From Lingula anatina (Eukaryota; Animalia; Brachiopoda), in the NCBI GenBank assembly GCA_051362555.1, contig CM120643.1, positions 9,920,001 to 9,984,000 on the forward strand: a stretch of 64,000 nucleotides of DNA. The letters run 5' to 3'. The first letter of the stretch is position 1. Each line of letters begins with the position of its first letter. Positions 1 to 11,197 of the stretch are shown in pieces. Made by a program: the position numbers and the translations under genes. The notes beneath the pieces were generated by a model, which saw only the letters and a list, made by a program, of their open reading frames with translations, did no database searches and was not told where the DNA came from.

Positions 1-20
1 CCCACCCTCACCACCCCCTT

Positions 21-180
21 ACCACTTACCTCAACCCTCTGATCATGGCCATACACAGCATGCCTGGACTGGTCAATCACCCCAGACCCCCTCTCTCCCC
101 CCCCACCTCACCCCCCCACCACTTACCTCAACCCTCTGATCATGGCCATACACAGCATGCCTGGACTGGTCAATCACCCC
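21..180. repeat. Direct duplication (63 bp, period 97) of the 3' end of exon 6 including its splice donor
   Basis: 21-83 is identical to 118-180. Confidence 0.9.
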
Positions 181-350
181 AATCACCCCAGAGGGAAACT
201 TGAGCACAGCAACAATAGTGTCAAAGTCTCCGTGTTGCATGAATACAGGGTCGTGTGTGTTTACAGTACACGAGACGCTGATAGGGTGCTCTCCCAGCAG
301 CCAGCACATCACATCTATGTCATGGACAGTACTGTCCAAGAAGTAGCCAC
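127..350 (-). CDS. Inositol dehydrogenase-like exon 6 (GGYFLDSTVHDIDVMCWLLGE...YGHDQRVE)
   Basis: Catalytic D-x3-H-D motif; acceptor TTACCAG, donor GTAAGT. Confidence 0.93.
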
Positions 351-1533
351 CTGGTAAACACAGTAAAACTCACAATGAGCACATTCAAACAAAATTGTAT
401 TAAGTTTGGAATTTGATTCTTTGTTGAGGATTGCAGTCCACGCAAAAAAAAAAAGATTTATTACAGAGAAAAGGACTGCATTTAGATTCCTAAATACACC
501 ACATATGTTCAAGAACACATAGTCTCATTTTTTATTATTATAACTATTATTCTTTTTTTTTTTTGAAAATGACAACCATGTTGAATTTAAAAGTGCTACA
601 TTTTCTGCGCCTGTTAAATGCTACTCAATCTTTTATTAATTGGTATTTACATTTCCATATCATAATATATCATCATGCAGCACTCAATTGGCAGAAATGG
701 CATATGACCATCAGCAATGGCAATGACAGTGATGCCAACATGACAGTATTCAAAATGCATATGTGTAAAATTGCCCAAGGTCTTGTTTTAAAACAATAGA
801 ATAACAACTGTAAACAATGGAAATCTATTAAAAAAAATATGCAGAATACCCATACGTGCAAAAAGTTGAAAACTCTGCAAAGGGGAACCGTACCATGCGC
901 TGCAGAATATGCTGCCGCAGACGCCATGTCTGGGCAGGCATCTCTAGAGCATGTCTTGGCCATCATAGGCTTGCCTATCTCTCCACTGAGAAGTCTTCTT
1001 TGGAGATGTCGAAGCTGGGGATCAAACCTCCTACAATGAGAATGTAAATTTAATATATTAAGTGAATGGTACTAATAGGTACCACAATACTTTTTATATG
1101 CACCTGTAACTAGCTACCAGATAGTATGAAACACAATTTATTCATGTTAGTTAATAAGGTAAATTCTTGTGTGTAATACTTAGTCTGGTAGTACAATTTT
1201 AAAATAAAAATGTGTATTGTAACTCAAGATTTGGTTTTCATTAATTTGGATTTTGAGTTAATATATTGACTTGATATATTTTTTTGTTGCTCATTATCGT
1301 TCAGTCATGACAATCAGCTTTTTAGCAGGCTTAAAAATGAATGAACAAAATAGGTAAAAATAGGCATTATTTCATCTTTATATTTTCTATTTTTATACAA
1401 TGAATATTCAATTTAACTATCCATTCCTTTGTTATAAATTGTAATAAATTTAATATGCCTTTCTACATCATGCTCCCTAGTTCAGCAGAATGAGGGGGTG
1501 GGGGCAGGAGGAAGGAAAGTGTATTACAGTTTG

Positions 1534-1580
<47 letters not shown>

Positions 1581-2413
1581 TCAAGGGTTTTCCCAGCAAA
1601 CCATCCAGCTGTCATTTGAATGGCCGCCAGCATCATTGGTTGGCCTATATTTTTAAAGATGGTTGGAAGGCTTATGGATTTGTTGGAAATACATATATGA
1701 TAGCTTAAGCCTGCAGTGTTAGAAATTAATGATTGAATGTCTGCCCAGGGCTGGCAACTTTCAGAACGGGCTGAGAAGTTTTCCCACCTGGCAGACATTT
1801 GAGCCAGCTACTTTTCAAGCTGGCTGAACTTTCGGTCCAGCAACTAATTTTCCTAAGAGGCAAACGCTAGCTTTAGCCATACTTTGGACTCCCTGAATTT
1901 TTGCAGGAAATTACAGGTGGTCATTTTGGATGGCCTGTACCCCCAATCCTGGGAAAAACCCTGACGTGAATGCAACTAAAACATACCTATTAAACCCACA
2001 CTGGAGAGGTTTTCCAGCTTGTTCCGCCTCGTCATAAAGCCGTCGGACAACTTTCCAGCTAACATCTATCGGTTTCTCACAAAACACAGCTTTGCCTGAA
2101 ACAAAATGGAATTTGTATGTTTGTAGTGGAACTCCCATCAATGAACAGTTCCTAAGGTCTATATGGGTTAAACCTTGGCCACCTTGGCCTCAGGTTTCAC
2201 ATGGGGGCCATTGATTAAGTTCAAAGATCTAAAAAAACTACAAACCCACTTAGTACATGTACAGCCTAAAACAGGGATGAGACCATTCCTCACTGAAAAA
2301 GTAGAAAAATTGGCAGGGGGTCCAGGGTACAGGATTCACAAGAATGACCAAAATGACCTTGAAAAAGTCAAAATTCCAACAAAGGTCGGAAAAGTCTCAT
2401 ACCAGATTTGTGT

Positions 2414-2444
<31 letters not shown>

Positions 2445-5400
2445 GGCAGGTTGTACCCATGGTCAAGTCAAAAAGGCCCCATTCAATAGTCTACCTTGAC
2501 CCCAACTACATTTTTCAGCATTTTTCAGCCTTCAAGTAAGCACCATGACCCTAAAACTGCTGGTTTGTTCATTGTCAACAAGCTGTGACGATTAAACCAT
2601 AATATGTATCTGGACCAGTTTTTATCTTCTTCTTTATCGCAGTTCACCTCTGGGTTATATTTACTAGTGTGTCAATTCTTTCAGCTGGCCTAATGCTGGT
2701 AATAATATCAGATAACTAAAGCCTGACTGAAGACAGCATAGAAACAGGTTCAGGGCTGTAGTTTAGGTAACATGTACTGTCTCTGCACCCATAATGTGAG
2801 GCTGAATAGATTAGATGGCACCTGCACCCATACACAAAACCAAAGACATGCAGGCCCATAGCCTGGGGGAGGGGGTTCAGGGGGTTTGAAAGAACTGCCC
2901 TTTTTTTCTGTGAAAAGGTCCCAGCTAGGTAAAACTTTATCTAGTTACATGAAGGTTTCATGGTAAAAGGTCCACTTTTTCAGAAAAAGACCCCCCACCC
3001 CCCTTATGAAATAGCTGGCTAGAGATCTGAGGATCATCTGTTGTGCATGCATGCACCATAAGACAATCTATGAAAAGCAAGATATGAGATACTCCCATGT
3101 CTAGTGAGAATTCAATTTGAATGGATTTTCATGTAGGAGGAACTAATTGTTTCTCCACTTACATGTAAACCATCAATCAGAAATCCCAACAGAAACCAAG
3201 AGTAATGTTCAAGAACAACAGCCCATGAAAAGAGCACTCATGTCTTCAACTGATAACACTGGTTTGTTGTTTTTTTCACATTACGGAAGCACATAATAGG
3301 ATTATACGCACAAGTTGTAGTAATTGATTTGAAAAAATAAGTCACATTTACTTCAACGGCATGACTTCAGTAACTGTTACAGTGTTGCTTGCACTTTGAG
3401 GCATGAATGACATATGAAGTACAAAATGTAACATCATAATGCCATACATCATTTGAAAAGACAGTTTAGCAAATAGAATTTCAAAAGGAAAAAAATTAAT
3501 GAGTTCTTCTGAGGTTTGGCCTATTCCCCAGTATCAAAAGACAACCACAACATTACCAGCAATCATTCCGGGTGAAGTGTGTAGAAAATCTATATAGTAA
3601 TAGCAGATCAGACGAAAAGTTCTCCTTTTCACGTTTTTCTCCCAAACTACAGCAATCTGTTGACAACTGACAGGTGTTAGCAATACATGCACCTTAGGTC
3701 AGTGGGAAGATACTAGTGGCCATAGTTTAACTTTGATAATAACTGTTCAAAAGTATATTTTGAAGGCATTTTGTAGCCTTCGGCAATTTGCGTAAAACCA
3801 CAGCATGTGTGACAGGTATCATATACTGTCAATAACTCTACATTAGATAGCAGGACTTGCTGGCCAAGTGGTAATGTCCTAGGCTGCCAAACAGGGCAGT
3901 CCCATTTTTATTTCTTTTACACAGAATACAGCATATAAATATATGATATAAATCATGTATACTAATATCTTATCATGGTTCAATGACTGATGTGATGGGT
4001 ATCAGCTAGTTTTATTGAAAGCCCACATTTGAGATAATGTGTTTAATGTAAAATGCTCACCTGCTTTTAAAGACTTCTGTATTATTTCTTCGTGAGTTGC
4101 TGCTGGAGTTGCCACCACAACAGCACTCACTCTGAAAGTGAAATCATGAATTTAAAAGGCATGTTGGATAAATTGAAAGTGCCATTATTTCCATCTTCTA
4201 GGTTAAAGGATAGGCAGCAATTCTGTGGACTAACTGATCTGCTGACCAAATATGGCCGACCGAACTTCAAAGCAGCACCGCTTAATCCTTTGATGGTCTC
4301 CCTGCCTCCTCATGCACCTTTAAACAGATTAAATCTCAGCTGTGAGGTTTAATTGCAAGGACCCTGCAGCGACAGCTGCAGGAGTCCATCACAGAATTAG
4401 TCAGTGCTACTTTTATGTGAGTCGGCCATATTTAGTCCGCAGATCTGTTAGTCCTTGGATCAACTTGCTCTGAATGGCCTCTAACTTACAAGCACCCAGC
4501 ATACACTATCTGTTATCATATTTCTGGAAACAGCTTGGGTATGCTAATAATTTGTGTTTTGACTCTGAAGCTCAGAAGGAACATTTTACACCAATGATAT
4601 TCACTCTGATTGCTTTTCACTAAGAGAATTTTTTGTTCTTTTAGTTAAAGGGACAAAGCATAAGATTTCAAACACACATTAAGAACATGCGCAAAACTCT
4701 ACTTGTCGAACTGAGGACAAATGATTTTTGAGCTTTTCTTAATAGATAAATGCAATGAATTAATATCACAAAAATATCATTTCCCGATGAACCTTTCCTC
4801 CTGTTAACCACCTTGACACAGTTATGAACTACATGCAACCCAAAACTTAATGGGAAAGTTGATCTTGAAGCAGGCCCATAGCCAGAGGGGGCTCAGAGGA
4901 TTCGAAAGAACCCCACCCCCTTTTTGCTGGGAAAAGACCCCTCTGGGTAAAATTACCCAGAATTACACGAAGGATTTATGGTAAAATGTCCACTTTTTCA
5001 GAAAAAGAACCCCCTTTTAAAATTTCTGGCTACAGGCCAGTGAATTAAGGGGTTTGCCGAATCTGAAAAGCCCCTGCTTAAGGACTTTTTGTTATTTCCA
5101 GATTATCACAGAGTTATGGAGATAGCCAGGAAAGGAAAATCAAGGCTGGATAGTGACATGTATAGAGAAAAATACTGTTTACCCCAGGAAAATCCATGAC
5201 GTTTAAGTTTTTTTGCTGAGAAATTGTACACTGGGCACATTGAACTTTTGATTTAAAATCATCCAAGTTGTCAATGATGTGGCAATATTATACAGAGGAG
5301 AATGGTTTAAAAATCTCATTAAAGCCTTCAGAAGGATGACTGGGAAGGAAAGAAGGATGAAAGAAATGAGGAGATAGAAAAGAAAAGAGAAAATGGAACA

Positions 5401-8400
5401 CAACATTGGACATATGACATATGTGCAATGTGAAAAGACTCAGGTATAAGAGTCACTGTGGAAAGACAGGGAATGAAGGTAAGAAGGATGGAACCCCTAG
5501 TTATTACCTTTTATCTGCATACACCTGTTCACTGTGCTCCGGGCTTACAACCCTCGCTTTACTTCTGTGACTTTTTGCCAAGCTTTCTCCTCGCTGTGTG
5601 TCTTCTTCAACCAACCACAAAACTGTAAAAATACAACACAATATTACCATGGGTATTGAAGCATCCATTATTAACCTCTAAGATATCATCTCCGCTTCTT
5701 TTTTTGTTGGTCATTTTCTTCATCACATTAAATATGTTCTTGCACATATACACCTAAATGAGCTTTAAATACAACATTGGCAAAAAATAACTGAGAATAT
5801 GCTCATTTTTGACAACGCAATCCATTTTTGACCTTGACCTGAATTTCATCTCAACAAGTAACTCCAGCATGCTGAAAGCAAAATGGCAAGTTTGATATCA
5901 CGTTATCATATTTTCTGTCCCTCTTATCTAAGACTTTGCACATCTAGAGGTGGTACATGTACAGTTTTCTGTACCCTAAGCTTCAGGGGATTTAGGAGAT
6001 TTAGGGGATGTCAGGGGGGTCCTGACTCCCCCCTTGATTTCTGAAAAAAAGATCAGACCAAAGGATCCCTTCTTGGACTTCTTGAATTTTGACTAGCAGA
6101 ATCATAGTTCTAAACTATACCAAATGCCACCATTTGCCCTCTAAAATACTTAAATTTTTTTGGCCTGCTGATCATGAAGTGCCCCGAACCCCACACCAAG
6201 GCAGAGGGGAGGGGTCACCTTCGCATCCATGGATTCTCCCTTTCAAGTAATCCTGGATCCGCCCCTGCCTTCCAGTTTGATAGATTGGCAACTAAATAGT
6301 CTGGCTATACAGGGGCGGATTTAGGCCGTCTTCTGGGTCTTCTGGAAGACGGTCAAATTTTTAAGTTAACATTGATGGGTATCTAATTTTTTTCTGTGGG
6401 AAGACGGTCAAAAAAGGAGGATGAATCAACAAAGATAATTTGGAAGACTGTCAGAAAATATCTCTGGATCCGCCCCTGCTATAAGTGTCATACAAAAGTC
6501 ACTTAAAACCATCCCCCCCCCCTCTTACCCCTGCTTGACACAACCTGTCAACTGGTATAAATTTGATAAGTACATCAGGATAGTGAAAGGTAGTAAAACC
6601 TCCTGAAGCATAATAATATATTAATACCAGTCAAACTAGTGCAGTACAAAAAGTGAATGGACCACTGCAATGTGAAAAGAATCTGAATCATGGATGTCAG
6701 AACCATTGGAAATTTAAATTAAAATACACACTATAGAACCATTGGGATTTAATTTAAACCAACAATTTCTTGAAACTAGCATGAAAGGACATTACAAATG
6801 AATGGTTAAAAACTGGAAGTGAGAAAATATGTGCCAATCCAATTACTCAATAAAGCAATAGCAGTGTCACGCTCAACTTCAATTTACTTTTCATATTACA
6901 CTGTTCTCTCTCTCTTTTTTTGGCATGACCTTGTTATATCTTTCTCATTGAATTCTGAATTCATATAGAGGCAGCAACTGCTTCATTTTGTCTGAAAACA
7001 TATACCTTTTCGGAGTTTTAGAAATAGAATATATTGATTGTGAACTTTTTTATCAAACCAGCAAGATAAGAACACTTGATTTCAAGTGTCTATAAGCTAA
7101 ATAAAGTGGAAAAATCATTGAATATTCTCAAACAGTGACTAAATTATTTCTGCAGTGAACTTCACTGCATGCAATTGCAATATATGATGGTTTATTTAAA
7201 AAAAAAACTCAGACATTTCAGGAAAATGAGATAATTATCCATCAATCTTCATTAGTATATGCTGCAGGCTTGTACCACTTGCTGATCTAGTATCTTTTTT
7301 TTTTTTTTTTGGCTATCAGCCTGTATAAGCTTTACTTTTTACAACACATAAAGCTAGGTATATAGTGACTTTATCACCTGCCACCCATTCCACACTCAGC
7401 TGATTGGTTTTTGGTACTAGTACGTAACAGTCCGAACAGTCAAGACCATTAACTAATATATCACATATTCCTCTTCACCTCAAACGTGGCCCCCAGATAG
7501 AGCCCATGTTATTCTGCTGGTTGTTCAAATACCTTTTCTAATCGGAAATAATCCAATGTGCGAAATATAAAAGTGTTTTCAATATCTCAGAACCTTATTT
7601 CACCCCTCCCCTTTTTTTTTTTGAAAAAGGGGAACAGGGATGGGGGAGGTGGTCATATAGTAAGAAAGAACCACCCTTTGGCCAGAAAAGGTCTGCTCTG
7701 AATCCAAATTTGATTCAAGTTCTATATGACTGGGTCAACTAAAGCCTAGGTCCCAACCGAACGTATGGGCTGCTATGTGTGGTCTACGGCCATAAAAATG
7801 GGGAGAACGTGGGAGTTTGTTCGTGAGGAGCACGTCCATCGTGCGACTTTTGGAGGACGCAAACAGCACGTAGAAACTTTTCACCAATTACTTGATTTCT
7901 TCCCTGTGATCTAGCTACGTCCTAGCCGGACGCAAGGAACCTAAAAACCGTGTGTCCAAAACGTAGTTGTGGCCTAGGCTTAAAGGGGGGAGGGAAGGGG
8001 GGGCTTTGCATCCTCAGATCCCCCTCCCTTCAAATAATCCTGTATCCACTCCTACATGGGCTCTTGTTCAAACATCTTACATTATACGGATGTGATAGCG
8101 TGCAATTTAGGCAATTTCACTAAAAGCCTACTGAGAAAAATCATACAGAGAATTTGAGCTACTGAATAACACATTAAACAACCTGTTGCCAAATATTATC
8201 AATAGTGCATGAATTGGTATCAGCATGATGCATAGAGAAATGGATATAAAAAACACTTTGGCTTCCAACAAATCAATTTCAAATCGGAATTTAATGCTAC
8301 GCAGATACTCAAAAAGACTTTGGAGATTTGGAGGTATTGCCATGTAAATTCCAATATCAGTTGCTCTTTATGAACATCTTATTAATGATTAATATATTAG

Positions 8401-8900
8401 ACATGATGTTATGGGATGTCAGTTAATGCAAAACAATGTGACGTTAAAATGAAATAAATAAATTATTGTAACTGATACCCTTGGTCATATCTTAAATATC
8501 AGCTGATAACACTTCGCCAAACAAGTATAATGCCAATCAACTAAAATAGCAAGTCCAAAATTTTCTGATAACAAAGATATCTGACAGTGTATAGTGAAAA
8601 GTAAGCAAAAAAAAAAAATAAATAAATAAAAATAATAATAATAATAAATAAATGGTTGAAACTTTTTAAAAATCAAATTTATCCATGAACATGAAACGGA
8701 AATTCTTTTCTAAATTTTATATTAATTAATAGATTTAAAAATTGCTATAACAGCACAAATGCCCCTTAAAACAAATATTACTCACCTTCAACATCAGGCA
8801 TAATCATTAAGTGCTTAAAATGTATGGCACCTATCCGCCCTGTACCAAAAACAGCAACACCCATGATGTCGTCTGCCATCTCTTCTACCAGGGAGGCCAT
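127..8900 (-). CDS. Gfo/Idh/MocA-family oxidoreductase, myo-inositol 2-dehydrogenase (IolG)-like; spliced, 3' end outside window
   Basis: Exons 8900-8786, 5622-5508, 4131-4061, 2095-1987, 1030-894 and 350-127 are all GT-AG with matching phases. The joined protein has the Rossmann motif VAVFGTGRIG, VVVATP, CEKP, GFNRRFDP, DSTVHDID and YGHDQRVE. Confidence 0.92.
894..1030 (-). CDS. Inositol dehydrogenase-like exon 5 (RFDPQLRHLQRRLLSGEIGKPMMAKTCSRD...AAH)
   Basis: Completes GFNRRFDP across the junction; acceptor TGTAG, donor GTACGG. Confidence 0.9.
1535..1577. repeat. (TA)n microsatellite
   Basis: Direct reading. Confidence 0.95.
1987..2095 (-). CDS. Inositol dehydrogenase-like exon 4 (GKAVFCEKP...CGFNR)
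   Basis: EKP motif; acceptor TTTCAG, donor GTATGT. Confidence 0.93.
3853..3903 (+). mobile_element. Truncated tRNA-derived SINE head or tRNA-like fragment
   Basis: A-box-like TGGCCAAGTGG at 3861-3871 and an anticodon-loop-like CTGCCAA; no B box or T arm follows. Confidence 0.3.
4061..4131 (-). CDS. Inositol dehydrogenase-like exon 3 (RVSAVVVATPAATHEEIIQKSLKA)
   Basis: Acceptor TTTCAG, donor GTGAG; family motif VVVATP..H. Confidence 0.9.
4215..4480. mobile_element. Palindromic MITE family B
   Basis: Shares the GGACTAAC(A/T)GATC...AAATATGGCCGAC arms with copies at about 10830, 31205, 36380, 36600, 39541, 42566, 46676, 58495 and 59211. Confidence 0.75.
4871..5040. mobile_element. MITE family C (TIR CAGGCCCGTAGCCAG)
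   Basis: TIRs plus a body shared with copies at about 2851, 10690, 11399, 19260 and 45679. Confidence 0.75.
5508..5622 (-). CDS. Inositol dehydrogenase-like exon 2 (VLWLVEEDTQRGESLAKSHRSKARVVSPEHSEQVYADK)
   Basis: Acceptor TTTTACAG, donor GTAAT, open frame with phases 1/2 fitting both neighbours. Confidence 0.8.
6310..6478. mobile_element. MITE family D (TIR CAGGGGCGGAT), 5-bp TSD
   Basis: TSD CTATA on both sides; related copies at about 23219-23386 and 50942-51160, and a related-TIR element at 5984-6267. Confidence 0.85.
7743..7980. mobile_element. PIF/Harbinger-type MITE
   Basis: TIR AGCCTAGGTCCCAAC / GTTGTGGCCTAGGCT, TAA TSD. Confidence 0.8.
8786..8900 (-). CDS. Inositol dehydrogenase-like exon 1 (MASLVEEMADDIMGVAVFGTGRIGAIHFKHLMIMPDVE)
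   Basis: ATG at 8900-8898, GxGxxG motif, donor GTGAG, phase 1. Confidence 0.88.
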
Positions 8901-10975
8901 CTTGAAATTTCAACAGGGATTGAAAACCTGGTTGATAATGTGACCTCAACAGCAGATATATCTTGTCCCTTGTCTGGTTGACTGATATTATGTCCTGCGA
9001 GTCAACAATTGGTGCATTTCCTGATAAGACAGTGATGACTTCAATATAGTTTGATGTGAAATTTGTAGTGCACTCAGCAACAAGCCAACTGTTCTACTAG
9101 CACAATGCATGTATATGTAAATCAATGAATACAATATACAGTTTATGCACATCTTCTATACTTCATCCTGATATGAGAGGCCTGTATTCCTTGCAGTTAT
9201 TTCTTCCTATGAAATCAAAACTATATGCATATATATATATGTAGTTTATCACTATGTTATCAAAAATCCATACAAGTGAACGAAAATTGGCAATTAATAT
9301 TTAAACTGACAAACTATTGTAAACAACAAAGTACATATAGTACTCCAAAAATACAATGGACTGACAAATCTGCTACTTTTTGAATATGATCCTAGTTTCT
9401 CTTCATGGACTAGAATTCTATTCTGTCACCATGTATTTTGGTGCTGCAAAAAGAAAACCAGATTTTTGAAAACCAACTGCTTTAAAATAACTGCACAGAG
9501 TTTGACAAAACTGCTGCCATATATTCTTCATGAATAATGAGAATGTTCAAATGCAGAGTTGAAAATTCTTTTATGCTCTCTTTCCCTTTGGTTTGTCAAG
9601 ATGCTTCAAAATGTTTAAAATCACCTTCAAAGAGTCAAGGTGACATTCTTCTTTTACATGTAACTTTCTTCCTTGTTCCTGTTGGCAAAAAATATGTAGG
9701 ATAAAAACATATGGCAGCTATTCGGAAATAACTCCTCTCTTAACTTTCTCCTTTCAAACAAGCAGCAGCAGCAGCAGTTGCTGCAGACGACACTGAATTG
9801 TTCAGCAGCCAGAAAGCAAATGAAATCAAATCAGATAGATGAGAAATTGATGATGGAACATAGCAAGTGCACAAATGTCTGCATGAAAATTGCCTCTTAA
9901 TTGCCCTCAAGAGCTGCCTCTGTGGCTTATTCAGAATTGCTGCTAGTGATTAGGGATAACCACGTATTGGAACAGACAGTTGTGAGAAATAGAAAAATAG
10001 CCTAGCATCTTTATTGCACAGAGACAATTACTGTTGACATAAAAAAATAATAAAAGCAAAACCAACGATGTGTGAAATATAGATAATTGGGTAAACTGTT
10101 TAGATAAATATCAATATATGATGGAAACCAACACATAATTGCACAAGGCATTGGTAACAACACAAAAACTTTTACAATCATATTGGATAATCTGGATAGG
10201 CAAACATTTACTGTGCATAAAGACTCCAAACTTAAGTAAATAAATAAATAACAAAAACAATGTCCTTAAAGATAATTGGTTCCTTTGTCCATCCAGAAAC
10301 CCTTCCCAGGGATGAGACTGCCATTTTGTGCAAAAGTCTGAAAATATGGGGTGGGGTCCAGACCCCCCCCCCCCCCCCCACTCCTCATTTTTTTTATTTA
10401 TTTATTTTTTTTATTGCAGCTCTGCATGGATCTCAAAAATGTCATTTTTGGCTCCCATGAAGTCTGTAATCCACCAACAGTCCAAAAAATCTTAAACCTA
10501 CCTTCCTCACCCAGAGTTACTGAGGACATTGGAACCCTACCACTTTACTATCCGCAGGTCTCTGGAAATGGCAGAGGCATGCATGCAGATAGAAGCGATG
10601 AGTTACCAGTGTCCTCTGTAACTTAGGATATCCGTGGCAAATTTTGTAAGTCATATCTTGGGTGTGAATGTGGATTATGTATGCATTCCAGACCCATAAC
10701 CAGCAATTGCAAAAGGGGGGTTCTTTTTCTAAAAATGCGGACCTTTTGTCATGAAACCTTAGTTTGCCTAGATCAAATTTACCCGGAGTGGACCTTTGCC
10801 CAGCAAAAAGTGGGCATCTTTTGACCTTGGAGCCGAGATTTAATTTGTTTAATATGGCGTGTGTGGAGGCAGGGAGACCAGCAGGGGATTGGGGCAGCTT
10901 GCTTTTAAGTGGGGTCTGCCATGATTAGTCGGTGGATCAGTTATTCGTAGATCATCTGTTCTGAATACACTCTTA

Positions 10976-11197
10976 GACTGCATTCCCAAAGATTTAGATC
11001 GATCCATCTGGATCAACCTAACTCCCTGGGGGTTCTCGCTAAGTTGCTGCTAAATTGGTGCGAGCACGCACCATAGTTAATTACCCCCTTAGAACTTTTA
11101 GTAGGCGGGACAGACATTTAAGCCTGTTAAGCTGACACCAATCTAGTGAGACTCCCCAGGGGGATAGATCGATCTAAATATCTATGGGAATGGGGTG
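10976..11197. mobile_element. Palindromic MITE family A
   Basis: Arms CATTCCCA.AGATTTAGATCGATC; copies at about 24364, 34963, 39310, 46324, 52430 and 59681. Confidence 0.8.

Noticed and set aside
2721-2756. CTGAAGA...GAAAC hammerhead-like motif
   Set aside because: No stem II and the stem I register is off by one; at best a heavily decayed remnant.
3853-3903. Functional tRNA-Gly gene
   Set aside because: No T arm, B box or acceptor-stem pairing; kept only as a low-confidence SINE-head fragment.
127-8900. Bacterial contamination or recent horizontal transfer of iolG
   Set aside because: The gene has canonical spliceosomal introns filled with the same host repeat families as the rest of the window.
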